From: Eledone cirrhosa
Lineage: Eukaryota
Assembly: GCA_964016885.1 (NCBI GenBank)
Contig: OZ024742.1
Span: 365,862,001 to 365,926,000 of the forward strand
Length of the DNA: 64,000 nt
Reading direction: 5' to 3'
This document shows, one piece after another, positions 11,632-24,300 of the stretch (position 1 is the first letter of the stretch; every line of letters starts with the position of its first letter). Position numbers and translations under genes: made by a program. The notes below the pieces were generated by a model. It saw only the letters and a program-made list of their open reading frames with translations, was not told the DNA's origin and did not search any database.

Positions 11632-11784
11632 GAGCAGAGGCAGAGAGAAAGAGAGAGAGAGGGGGGATGGAGAGAGAGAGAGAGGGGAGGAGAAAGAGAG
11701 GAAGGAGAGAGAGAGGATTAATCCCCACTGCGACACCATTTTGTGTGTGTGTGTGTTTCTCTGTATCTGTGTGTTTGTGTGTGT
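11632..11784. repeat. GA-rich tract followed by (GT)n
   Basis: Directly visible simple repeats. Confidence 0.8.
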
Positions 11785-12147
11785 ATTATAAATAAAGCTT
11801 CTACGTGCTACCATTAGTTTCAAGGTCACCCCATGGCCAACACTGTACAATGGAGAAGCCACTCAGGTAGTTTTAAACTGCGTTTCATTCAGACAAGTGG
11901 AGAAAACTATTTTTGTCCCCGTACCACGAAGAGCCAGTTTAAAAGAGCCTCCTCCATTATACAGTGGTGGTCATGATTAGACATTGAAACCAGTGGTAGC
12001 ACATACATGTTAAGTGTATGAAATTTGGTTTATACTAAATAATCTCTCACCCCACAGATTGGGCACTTTTTCCTTGATCTTATATATATAAAGTATTTCC
12101 GTAGGGAGGGTAAAGAAAAGGAGAGTGCTCTATGTAAACTACAGAGC

Positions 12148-12305
12148 TATATAGTTATGTAATAAACAACATAACACAATTATTCCATTTACCAAAGGTT
12201 TCACGAAGACAGACGAGCCCGACACAGACGTATGTGTCGAGCTCGTCTGTCTTCGTGAAACCTTTGGTAAATGGAATAATTGTCTTATGTTGTTTATTAC
12301 ATAAC

Positions 12306-12311
<6 letters not shown>
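12148..12311. repeat. Fold-back palindrome (82-bp arms, 3 mismatches) abutting (TA)n
   Basis: Symmetric about 12229/12230; arms checked by eye. Confidence 0.92.
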
Positions 12312-12896
<585 letters not shown>

Positions 12897-12940
12897 AAGT
12901 TAAATAAAAGTCAAATGATTAAAATTTAGCTTCGTTTATT

Positions 12941-12995
12941 ACTGCTATATATATTTCAGTGACAGCCATCTTTGGCTGTGACCTCTTCAGGCAGT
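12941..12995 (-). ncRNA. Mirror copy of the hammerhead ribozyme
   Basis: Exact reverse complement of 13226-13280. Confidence 0.8.
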
Positions 12996-13225
12996 TTGAA
13001 TTAGTATGGTATAGACAAGTACATATGTTGTTTAGGTGTATGATATTGTCAATACTCTGATATGCCCAGTTCCTTGTTGGGTTGTTACTTCACTGGGGAA
13101 CTGGAGTCATATGACTCCAGTTCCCCAGTGAAGTAACAACCCAACAAGGAACTGGGCATATCAGAGTATTGACAATATCATACACCTAAACAACATATGT
13201 ACTTGTCTATACCATACTAATTCAA

Positions 13226-13280
13226 ACTGCCTGAAGAGGTCACAGCCAAAGATGGCTGTCACTGAAATATATATAGCAGT
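13226..13280 (+). ncRNA. Minimal type I hammerhead ribozyme
   Basis: Stem I ACUGC/GCAGU; core CUGAAGA (13231-13237); stem II GGUCACAGCC/GGCUGUCACU with one C-C mismatch; GAAA (13264-13267); short self-complementary stem III AUAUAUAU; cleavage triplet AUA (after 13275); AAUAAA immediately after. Confidence 0.82.
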
Positions 13281-13426
13281 AATAAACGAAGCTAAATTTT
13301 AATCATTTGACTTTTATTTAACTTTATTTTACACTACTCCGGAGTAACCAAACCAACCTGCGCACTTCGTCGAGTGCTCCAGCCTGCATACTGAGGTGTT
13401 GGTATACAACCAACATAAACTCAAAA

Positions 13427-13468
<42 letters not shown>

Positions 13469-13524
13469 TATATATATATATATATATATACGGCCGAATA
13501 CACTCAGGTGTATTCATACATATT

Positions 13525-13685
13525 TTTCCATAGATCAATGGAAGAAATTGCAGCAACAAGATGAAGAAATCCAGACCCTTGCGATAACAACAAACCTTAT
13601 CTGGAGTGAAAAGACATATTTCATTTCAAATTCCCCTTCATCTTATTTCGATGATATTTCATTGATATTTCTATAGCCACTTCTG
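13525..13685 (+). pseudogene. Possible eroded Gypsy pol fragment (RNase H-integrase linker)
   Basis: IDQWKKLQQQDEEIQTL...YFDDIS resembles the recalled 'ID...AQ..D.EL...CD.S...RP' linker; weak. Confidence 0.25.
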
Positions 13686-14306
13686 TACACCATTGCACAT
13701 CTCTATCTTATCTCATAGCATTAACCACCACAACAGAACAGATATATCGATTATTCATATATTTAATTTAATAATTTATCTTGTTTTCGCTACCTCTGCC
13801 TTCTGAAATGCAGCTGCAACTACCAAAGATTAGAAAAATGTTGAAATGCTGAACACATGGTGCAACATTCTGCTGCAAGTCATACATCAGAATTCCACAG
13901 TCTCGTTGTGGTTTCATCTCAACACATTTATTTTTCTTCTACTTTAATGTAGAGAGGTTCAGAATTCATCACAGACTATTCTCTCTTTATTTTAAATATT
14001 ATTTTCATTTAAAAGCCCCTTAATTGCCATTTCTCCCCCTCAAGGTAATTAGTGGTAGGTTGTATTTTTGTGATTAATTTTTTGACGGTGTGGGTTCTGT
14101 TCGATATTATTGAGGGGGTTTATGAGGTTATGAGGCCCTGTTGTGCTGTTTGCACTCAGTTTTATATCAAATTGAGAGTCTATTTCCAGAGAAATTGCCA
14201 ATTACGAAATTACTTCTTTTTCTTTCGCTTCAGTGACTTTTTATTTTTTGTTGTGGTACAATCGGTAACTTTTTTTTAGATTTCAGTATTTCTGTCCAAT
14301 TAAAAT

Positions 14307-14360
<54 letters not shown>

Positions 14361-14500
14361 GTACAGCATATTCGAAGTTCGATCAGCAGCCAAGCCAACG
14401 AATGCTTTCAGCAGTGGAGCCAAGCACTCGACAAGGAATAAGCCTCAGAGTAATAACACAGTTTAAAGGGCTTTGCAAATTGAAAATAGTGACCGCTAAT

Positions 14501-14513
14501 TTAGCCGCGTGAT
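14501..14513 (-). CDS. Putative terminal coding exon piece of an unidentified host gene (R-S-R-G-stop)
   Basis: Minus-strand acceptor TTCTATCGTTGCTACAG|A; completes the phase-2 codon from exon 14650-14720; minus-strand AATAAA near 14240. Confidence 0.3.
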
Positions 14514-14649
14514 CTGTAGCAACGATAGAATTGACTAGTGAGAAAAGGAAATACACACACACATACACACATACACACACATATGTATATACATATAAAA
14601 ATATACATACATACATACATATATGCACATATCTGTATATATAACATAC

Positions 14650-14720
14650 CTGGACTGCCACTTGGAAATTACTGAATATCCAAGTGAGGTTTCTGTAAAT
14701 CCGAAATCAACAAAATCCGC
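14650..14720 (-). CDS. Putative internal exon (ADFVDFGFTETSLGYSVISKWQS)
   Basis: Acceptor CCACAG|G, donor CAG|GTATGT; only one frame open (phase 0 in, phase 2 out). Confidence 0.42.
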
Positions 14721-14929
14721 CTGTGGTGTATACAAGTTGGAAGATCGAACAGAGGAATTTACTTTCTCAACAGGCTTTCGCTCTAACCGAAAACCAGGTG
14801 TGGATCACATGTTACTCCAAAAGAAGGTAACCACGTTTTCTGGCGGTGAATTCAAAAATTATGGGCAATGGAAAAAATTCCATACACAAACTATATATAT
14901 ATATATATATATAGGCAGATCCTGTATGT

Positions 14930-14975
<46 letters not shown>

Positions 14976-15332
14976 CCCGACTGAGGGAGTTTGAGCGTGA
15001 GTGAACGCATACGATCACCTATATTAGTAAATTCCTATACTGGGAAGGAATACGCGAAGATAATATCTGTGGATAAGACTTTCGTTTGGCAACTGAGGTA
15101 ATGTGTTCGATATCACAACAATGCTTCCTTACTTTGTATCTTCCTCTTATATTCATGGAGTAGAATTTGGTAGACAATCCCACACACACAAACACTTCGA
15201 TTCATAGAGTAGAATTTGGTAGAACCTGACACGCCCCCCCCCCCCCACACACACACACACAACGGGTGTTTTGCATTTCTGTGAAGGAAAGAATTACTGT
15301 GTTTTCGAAGTTATATACATACGTATGTATAG

Positions 15333-18300
15333 GAGCGAGTAAAGCCGTGTGGGGTAGAGGTTCTGTTTGGTACCTTGGGATAGAGTGTTTAGAGCGAGTA
15401 AAGCCGTGTGGGGTAGAGGTTCTGTTTGGTACCTTGGGATACAGTGTTTAGAGCAAGTAAGGTCGTGTGGGTTAGAGGTTCTGTTTGGTACCTTGGGATA
15501 GAGTGTTTAGAGCAAGTAAGGTCGTGTGGGTTAGAGGTTCTGTTTGGTACCTTGGGATACAGTGTTTAGAGCAAGTAAGGCCGTGTGGGGTAGAGGTTCT
15601 GTTTGGTACCTTGGGATACAGTGTTTAGAGCAAGTAAGGCCGTGTGGGGTAGAGGTTCTGTTTGGTACCTTGGGATACAGTGTTTAGAGCAAGTAAGGCC
15701 GTGTGGGGTAGAGGTTCTGTTTGGTACCTTGGGATACAGTGTTTAGAGCAAGTAAGGCCGTGTGGGTTAGAGGTTCTGTTTGGTACCTTGGGATACAGTG
15801 TTTAGAGCAAGTAAGGCTGTGTGGGGTAGAGGTTCTGTTTGGTACCCTGGGATACAGTGTTTAGAGCAAGTAAGGCTGTGTGGGGTAGAGGTTCTGTTTG
15901 GTACCTTGGGATACAGTGTTTAGAGCAAGTAAGGCTGTGTGGGGTAGAGGTTCTGTTTGGTACCTTGGGATACAGTGTTTAGAGCAAGTAAGGCCGTGTG
16001 GGGTAGAGGTTCTGTTTGGTACCCTGGGATACAGTGTTTAGAGCAAGTAAGGCCGTGTGGGGTAGAGGTTCTGTTTGGTACCCTGGGATACAGTGTTTAG
16101 AGCAAGTAAGGCTGTGTGGGGTAGAGGTTCTGTTTGGTACCCTGGGATACAGTGTTTAGAGCAAGTAAAGCCGTGTGGGGTAGAGGTTCTGTTTGGTACC
16201 TTGGGATACAGTGTTTAGAGCAAGTAAGGCCGTGTGGGTAGAGGTTCTGTTTGGTACCTTGGGATACAGTGTTTAGAGCAAGTAAGGCCGTGTGGGTAGA
16301 GGTTCTGTTTGGTACCATGGGATACAGTGTTTAGAGCAAGTAAGGCCGTGTGGGGTAGAGGTTCTGTTTGGTACCTTGGGATACAGTGTTTAGAGCAAGT
16401 AAGGCCGTGTGGGTAGAGGTTCTGTTTGGTACCTTGGGATACAGTGTTTAGAGCAAGTAAGGCCGTGTGGGTAGAGGTTCTGTTTGGTACCTTGGGATAC
16501 AGTGTTTAGAGCAAGTAAGGCCGTGTGGGTAGAGGTTCTGTTTGGTACCCTGGGATACAGTGTTTAGAGCAAGTAAGGCTGTGTGGGGTAGAGGTTCTGT
16601 TTGGTACCCTGGGATACAGTGTTTAGAGCAAGTAAAGCCGTGTGGGGTAGAGGTTCTGTTTGGTACCTTGGGATACAGTGTTTAGAGCAAGTAAGGCCGT
16701 GTGGGTAGAGGTTCTGTTTGGTACCTTGGGATACAGTGTTTAGAGCAAGTAAGGCCGTGTGGGTAGAGGTTCTGTTTGGTACCTTGGGATACAGTGTTTA
16801 GAGCAAGTAAGGCCGTGTGGGTAGAGGTTCTGTTTGGTACCATGGGATACAGTGTTTAGAGCAAGTAAGGCCGTGTGGGGTAGAGGTTCTGTTTGGTACC
16901 TTGGGATACAGTGTTTAGAGCAAGTAAGGCCGTGTGGGTAGAGGTTCTGTTTGGTACCTTGGGATACAGTGTTTAGAGCAAGTAAGGCCGTGTGGGGTAG
17001 AGGTTCTGTTTGGTACCTTGGGATAGAGTGTTTAGAGCAAGTAAGGTCGTGTGGGGTAGAGGTTCTGTTTGGTACCTTGGGATACAGTGTTTAGAGCAAG
17101 TAAGGCCGTGTGGGTAGAGGTTCTGTTTGGTACCTTGGGATAGAGTGTTTAGGGCAAGTAAGGTCGTGTGGGGTAGAGGTTCTGTTTGGTACCTTGGGAT
17201 ACAGTGTTTAGAGCAAGTAAGGCCGTGTGGGTAGAGGTTCTGTTTGGTACCTTGGGATACAGTGTTTAGAGCAAGTAAGGCCGTGTGGGTAGAGGTTCTG
17301 TTTGGTACCTTGGGATACAGTGTTTAGAGCAAGTAAGGTCGTGTGGGGTAGAGGTTCTGTTTGGTACCTTGGGATACAGTGTTTAGAGCAAGTAAGGCCG
17401 TGTGGGGTAGAGGTTCTGTTTGGTACCTTGGGATACAGTGTTTAGAGCAAGTAAGGCCGTGTGGGTAGAGGTTCTGTTTGGTACCTTGGGATACAGTGTT
17501 TAGAGCAAGTAAGGCCGTGTGGGGTAGAGGTTCTGTTTGGTACCTTGGGATACAGTGTTTAGAGCAAGTAAGGCCGTGTGGGGTAGAGGTTCTGTTTGGT
17601 ACCTTGGGATACAGTGTTTAGATCAAGTAAGGCCGTGTGGGGTAGAGGTTCTGTTTGGTACCTTGGGATACAGTGTTTAGAGCAAGTAAGGCCGTGTGGG
17701 GTAGAGGTTCTGTTTGGTACCTTGGGATAGAGTGTTTAGAGCAAGTAAGGTCGTGTGGGGTAGAGGTTCTGTTTGGTACCTTGGGATAGAGTGTTTAGAG
17801 CAAGTAAGGTCGTGTGGGGTAGAGGTTCTGTTTGGTACCTTGGGATACAGTGTTTAGAGCAAGTAAGGCCGTGTGGGTAGAGGTTCTGTTTGGTACCTTG
17901 GGATACAGTGTTTAGAGCAAGTAAGGTCGTGTGGGGTAGAGGTTCTGTTTGGTACCTTGGGATACAGTGTTTAGAGCAAGTAAAGCCGTGTGGGGTAGAG
18001 GTTCTGTTTGGTACCTTGGGATACAGTGTTTAGAGCAAGTAAGGCCGTGTGGGTAGAGGTTCTGTTTGGTACCTTGGGATACAGTGTTTAGAGCAAGTAA
18101 GGTCGTGTGGGGTAGAGGTTCTGTTTGGTACCTTGGGATACAGTGTTTAGAGCAAGTAAAGCCGTGTGGGTAGAGGTTCTGTTTGGTACCCTGGGATACA
18201 GTGTTTAGAGCAAGTAAGGCTGTGTGGGGTAGAGGTTCTGTTTGGTACCTTGGGATACAGTGTTTAGAGCAAGTAAGGCTGTGTGGGGTAGAGGTTCTGT

Positions 18301-21300
18301 TTGGTACCTTGGGATACAGTGTTTAGAGCAAGTAAGGCCGTGTGGGGTAGAGGTTCTGTTTGGTACCCTGGGATACAGTGTTTAGAGCAAGTAAGGCCGT
18401 GTGGGGTAGAGGTTCTGTTTGGTACCCTGGGATACAGTGTTTAGAGCAAGTAAGGCTGTGTGGGGTAGAGGTTCTGTTTGGTACCCTGGGATACAGTGTT
18501 TAGAGCAAGTAAAGCCGTGTGGGGTAGAGGTTCTGTTTGGTACCTTGGGATACAGTGTTTAGAGCAAGTAAGGCCGTGTGGGTAGAGGTTCTGTTTGGTA
18601 CCTTGGGATACAGTGTTTAGAGCAAGTAAGGCCGTGTGGGTAGAGGTTCTGTTTGGTACCATGGGATACAGTGTTTAGAGCAAGTAAGGCCGTGTGGGGT
18701 AGAGGTTCTGTTTGGTACCTTGGGATACAGTGTTTAGAGCAAGTAAGGCCGTGTGGGTAGAGGTTCTGTTTGGTACCTTGGGATACAGTGTTTAGAGCAA
18801 GTAAGGCCGTGTGGGTAGAGGTTCTGTTTGGTACCTTGGGATACAGTGTTTAGAGCAAGTAAGGCCGTGTGGGTAGAGGTTCTGTTTGGTACCCTGGGAT
18901 ACAGTGTTTAGAGCAAGTAAGGCTGTGTGGGGTAGAGGTTCTGTTTGGTACCCTGGGATACAGTGTTTAGAGCAAGTAAAGCCGTGTGGGGTAGAGGTTC
19001 TGTTTGGTACCTTGGGATACAGTGTTTAGAGCAAGTAAGGCCGTGTGGGTAGAGGTTCTGTTTGGTACCTTGGGATACAGTGTTTAGAGCAAGTAAGGCC
19101 GTGTGGGTAGAGGTTCTGTTTGGTACCATGGGATACAGTGTTTAGAGCAAGTAAGGCCGTGTGGGGTAGAGGTTCTGTTTGGTACCTTGGGATACAGTGT
19201 TTAGAGCAAGTAAGGCCGTGTGGGTAGAGGTTCTGTTTGGTACCTTGGGATACAGTGTTTAGAGCAAGTAAGGCCGTGTGGGGTAGAGGTTCTGTTTGGT
19301 ACCTTGGGATAGAGTGTTTAGAGCAAGTAAGGTCGTGTGGGGTAGAGGTTCTGTTTGGTACCTTGGGATACAGTGTTTAGAGCAAGTAAGGCCGTGTGGG
19401 TAGAGGTTCTGTTTGGTACCTTGGGATACAGTGTTTAGAGCAAGTAAGGTCGTGTGGGGTAGAGGTTCTGTTTGGTACCTTGGGATACAGTGTTTAGAGC
19501 AAGTAAGGCCGTGTGGGGTAGAGGTTCTGTTTGGTACCTTGGGATACAGTGTTTAGAGCAAGTAAGGCCGTGTGGGTAGAGGTTCTGTTTGGTACCTTGG
19601 GATACAGTGTTTAGAGCAAGTAAGGCCGTGTGGGGTAGAGGTTCTGTTTGGTACCTTGGGATACAGTGTTTAGAGCAAGTAAGGCCGTGTGGGGTAGAGG
19701 TTCTGTTTGGTACCTTGGGATACAGTGTTTAGATCAAGTAAGGCCGTGTGGGGTAGAGGTTCTGTTTGGTACCTTGGGATACAGTGTTTAGAGCAAGTAA
19801 GGCCGTGTGGGGTAGAGGTTCTGTTTGGTACCTTGGGATAGAGTGTTTAGAGCAAGTAAGGTCGTGTGGGGTAGAGGTTCTGTTTGGTACCTTGGGATAG
19901 AGTGTTTAGAGCAAGTAAGGTCGTGTGGGGTAGAGGTTCTGTTTGGTACCTTGGGATACAGTGTTTAGAGCAAGTAAGGCCGTGTGGGTAGAGGTTCTGT
20001 TTGGTACCTTGGGATACAGTGTTTAGAGCAAGTAAGGTCGTGTGGGGTAGAGGTTCTGTTTGGTACCTTGGGATACAGTGTTTAGAGCAAGTAAGGCCGT
20101 GTGGGGTAGAGGTTCTGTTTGGTACCTTGGGATACAGTGTTTAGAGCAAGTAAGGCCGTGTGGGGTAGAGGTTCTGTTTGGTACCTTGGGATAGAGTGTT
20201 TAGAGCAAGTAAGGTCGTGTGGGGTAGAGGTTCTGTTTGGTACCTTGGGATACAGTGTTTAGAGCAAGTAAGGCTGTGTGGGGTAGAGGTTCTGTTTGGT
20301 ACCTTGGGATACAGTGTTTAGAGCAAGTAAGGTCGTGTGGGTAGAGGTTCTGTTTGGTACCTTGGGATACAGTGTTTAGAGCAAGTAAGGTCGTGTGGGG
20401 TAGAGGTTCTGTTTGGTACCTTGGGATACAGTGTTTAGAGCAAGTAAGGCCGTGTGGGGTAGAGGTTCTGTTTGGTACCTTGGGATACAGTGTTTAGAGC
20501 AAGTAAGGCCGTGTGGGTAGAGGTTCTGTTTGGTACCTTGGGATACAGTGTTTAGAGCAAGTAAGGCCGTGTGGGGTAGAGGTTCTGTTTGGTACCTTGG
20601 GATACAGTGTTTAGAGCAAGTAAGGCCGTGTGGGGTAGAGGTTCTGTTTGGTACCTTGGGATACAGTGTTTAGATCAAGTAAGGCCGTGTGGGGTAGAGG
20701 TTCTGTTTGGTACCTTGGGATACAGTGTTTAGAGCAAGTAAGGCCGTGTGGGGTAGAGGTTCTGTTTGGTACCTTGGGATACAGTGTTTAGAGCAAGTAA
20801 GGCCGTGTGGGGTAGAGGTTCTGTTTGGTACCTTGGGATACAGTGTTTAGAGCAAGTAAGGCCGTGTGGGTAGAGGTTCTGTTTGGTACCTTGGGATACA
20901 GTGTTTAGAGCAAGTAAGGCCGTGTGGGTAGAGGTTCTGTTTGGTACCTTGGGATACAGTGTTTAGAGCAAGTAAGGCCGTGTGGGTAGAGGTTCTGTTT
21001 GGTACCTTGGGATAGAGTGTTTAGAGCAAGTAAGGCCGTGTGGGGTAGAGGTTCTGTTTGGTACCCTGGGATACAGTGTTTAGAGCAAGTAAAGCCGTGT
21101 GGGGTAGAGGTTCTGTTTGGTACCTTGGGATAGAGTGTTTAGAGCAAGTAAGGCCGTGTGGGTAGAGGTTCTGTTTGGTACCTTGGGATACAGTGTTTAG
21201 AGCAAGTAAGGCCGTGTGGGTAGAGGTTCTGTTTGGTACCTTGGGATACAGTGTTTAGAGCAAGTAAGGCCGTGTGGGTAGAGGTTCTGTTTGGTACCTT

Positions 21301-24300
21301 GGGATACAGTGTTTAGAGCAAGTAAGGCCGTGTGGGGTAGAGGTTCTGTTTGGTACCCTGGGATACAGTGTTTAGAGCAAGTAAAGCCGTGTGGGGTAGA
21401 GGTTCTGTTTGGTACCTTGGGATACAGTGTTTAGAGCAAGTAAGGCCGTGTGGGTAGAGGTTCTGTTTGGTACCTTGGGATAGAGTGTTTAGAGCAAGTA
21501 AGGCCGTGTGGGGTAGAGGTTCTGTTTGGTACCCTGGGATACAGTGTTTAGAGCAAGTAAAGCCGTGTGGGGTAGAGGTTCTGTTTGGTACCTTGGGATA
21601 GAGTGTTTAGAGCAAGTAAGGCCGTGTGGGTAGAGGTTCTGTTTGGTACCTTGGGATACAGTGTTTAGAGCAAGTAAGGCCGTGTGGGTAGAGGTTCTGT
21701 TTGGTACCTTGGGATACAGTGTTTAGAGCAAGTAAGGCCGTGTGGGTAGAGGTTCTGTTTGGTACCTTGGGATACAGTGTTTAGAGCAAGTAAGGCCGTG
21801 TGGGGTAGAGGTTCTGTTTGGTACCCTGGGATACAGTGTTTAGAGCAAGTAAAGCCGTGTGGGGTAGAGGTTCTGTTTGGTACCTTGGGATACAGTGTTT
21901 AGAGCAAGTAAGGCCGTGTGGGTAGAGGTTCTGTTTGGTACCTTGGGATACAGTGTTTAGAGCAAGTAAGGCCGTGTGGGTAGAGGTTCTGTTTGGTACC
22001 TTGGGATACAGTGTTTAGAGCAAGTAAGGCCGTGTGGGTAGAGGTTCTGTTTGGTACCTTGGGATAGAGTGTTTAGAGCAAGTAAGGCCGTGTGGGGTAG
22101 AGGTTCTGTTTGGTACCCTGGGATACAGTGTTTAGAGCATGTAAAGCCGTGTGGGGTAGAGGTTCTGTTTGGTACCTTGGGATACAGTGTTTAGAGCAAG
22201 TAAGGCCGTGTGGGTAGAGGTTCTGTTTGGTACCTTGGGATACAGTGTTTAGAGCAAGTAAGGCCGTGTGGGTAGAGGTTCTGTTTGGTACCTTGGGATA
22301 CAGTGTTTAGAGCAAGTAAGGCCGTGTGGGGTAGAGGTTCTGTTTGGTACCTTGGGATACAGTGTTTAGAGCAAGTAAGGCCGTGTGGGGTAGAGGTTCT
22401 GTTTGGTACCCTGGGATACAGTGTTTAGAGCAAGTAAAGCCGTGTGGGGTAGAGGTTCTGTTTGGTACCTTGGGATACAGTGTTTAGAGCAAGTAAGGCC
22501 GTGTGGGTAGAGGTTCTGTTTGGTACCTTGGGATACAGTGTTTAGAGCAAGTAAGGCCGTGTGGGTAGAGGTTCTGTTTGGTACCTTGGGATACAGTGTT
22601 TAGAGCAAGTAAGGCCGTGTGGGGTAGAGGTTCTGTTTGGTACCTTGGGATAGAGTGTTTAGAGCAAGTAAGGTCGTGTGGGGTAGAGGTTCTGTTTGGT
22701 ACCTTGGGATAGAGTGTTTAGAGCAAGTAAGGTCGTGTGGGTAGAGGTTCTGTTTGGTACCTTGGGATAGAGTGTTTAGAGCAAGTAAGGTCGTGTGGGG
22801 TAGAGGTTCTGTTTGGTACCTTGGGATACAGTGTTTAGAGCAAGTAAGGCCGTGTGGGGTAGAGGTTCTGTTTGGTACATTGGGATACAGTGTTTAGAGC
22901 AAGTAAGGCCGTGTGGGGTAGAGGTTCTGTTTGGTACCTTGGGATACAGTGTTTAGAGCAAGTAAGGTCGTGTGGGGTAGAGGTTCTGTTTGGTACCTTG
23001 GGATAGAGTGTTTAGAGCAAGTAAGGTCGTGTGGGTTAGAGGTTCTGTTTGGTACCTTGGGATACAGTGTTTAGAGCAAGTAAGGCCGTGTGGGGTAGAG
23101 GTTCTGTTTGGTACCTTGGGATACAGTGTTTAGAGCAAGTAAGGCTGTGTGGGGTAGAGGTTCTGTTTGGTACCTTGGGATACAGTGTTTAGAGCAAGTA
23201 AGGTCGTGTGGGTTAGAGGTTCTGTTTGGTACCTTGGGATAGAGTGTTTAGAGCAAGTAAGGCCGTGTGGGGTAGAGGTTCTGTTTGGTACCTTGGGATA
23301 CAGTGTTTAGAGCAAGTAAGGCCGTGTGGGTAGAGGTTCTGTTTGGTACCTTGGGATACAGTGTTTAGAGCAAGTAAGGTCGTGTGGGGTAGAGGTTCTG
23401 TTTGGTACCTTGGCATACAGTGTTTAGAGCAAGTAAGGCTGTGTGGGGTAGAGGTTCTGTTTGGTACCTTGGGATACAGTGTTTAGAGCAAGTAAGGCCG
23501 TGTGGGTAGAGGTTCTGTTTGGTACCTTGGGATACAGTGTTTAGAGCAAGTAAGGCTGTGTGGGGTAGAGGTTCTGTTTGGTACCTTGGGATACAGTGTT
23601 TAGAGCAAGTAAGGTCGTGTGGGGTAGAGGTTCTGTTTGGTAACTTGGGATACAGGGTTTAGAGCAAGTAAGGCCGTGTGGGGTAGAGGTTCTGTTTGGT
23701 ACCTTGGGATACAGTGTTTAGAGCAAGTAAGGCCGTGTGGGTAGAGGTTCTGTTTGGTACCTTGGGATAGAGTGTTTAGAGCAAGTAAGGTCGTGTGGGG
23801 TAGAGGTTCTGTTTGGTACCTTGGGATACAGTGTTTAGAGCAAGTAAGGCTGTGTGGGGTAGAGGTTCTGTTTGGTACCTTGGGATAGAGTGTTTAGAGC
23901 AAGTAAGGCCGTGTGGGTAGAGGTTCTGTTTGGTACCTTGGGATACAGTGTTTAGAGCAAGTAAGGCTGTGTGGGGTAGAGGTTCTGTTTGGTACCTTGG
24001 GATAGAGTGTTTAGAGCAAGTAAGGTCGTGTGGGGTAGAGGTTCTGTTTGGTACCTTGGGATACAGTGTTTAGAGCAAGTAAGGCCGTGTGGGTAGTGGT
24101 TCTGTTTGGTACCTTGGGATAGAGTGTTTAGAGCAAGTAAGGTCGTGTGGGGTAGAGGTTCTGTTTGGTACCTTGGGATACAGTGTTTAGAGCAAGTAAG
24201 GCCGTGTGGGGTAGAGGTTCTGTTTGGTACCTTGGGATACAGTGTTTAGAGCAAGTAAGGCTGTGTGGGGTAGAGGTTCTGTTTGGTACCTTGGGATACA

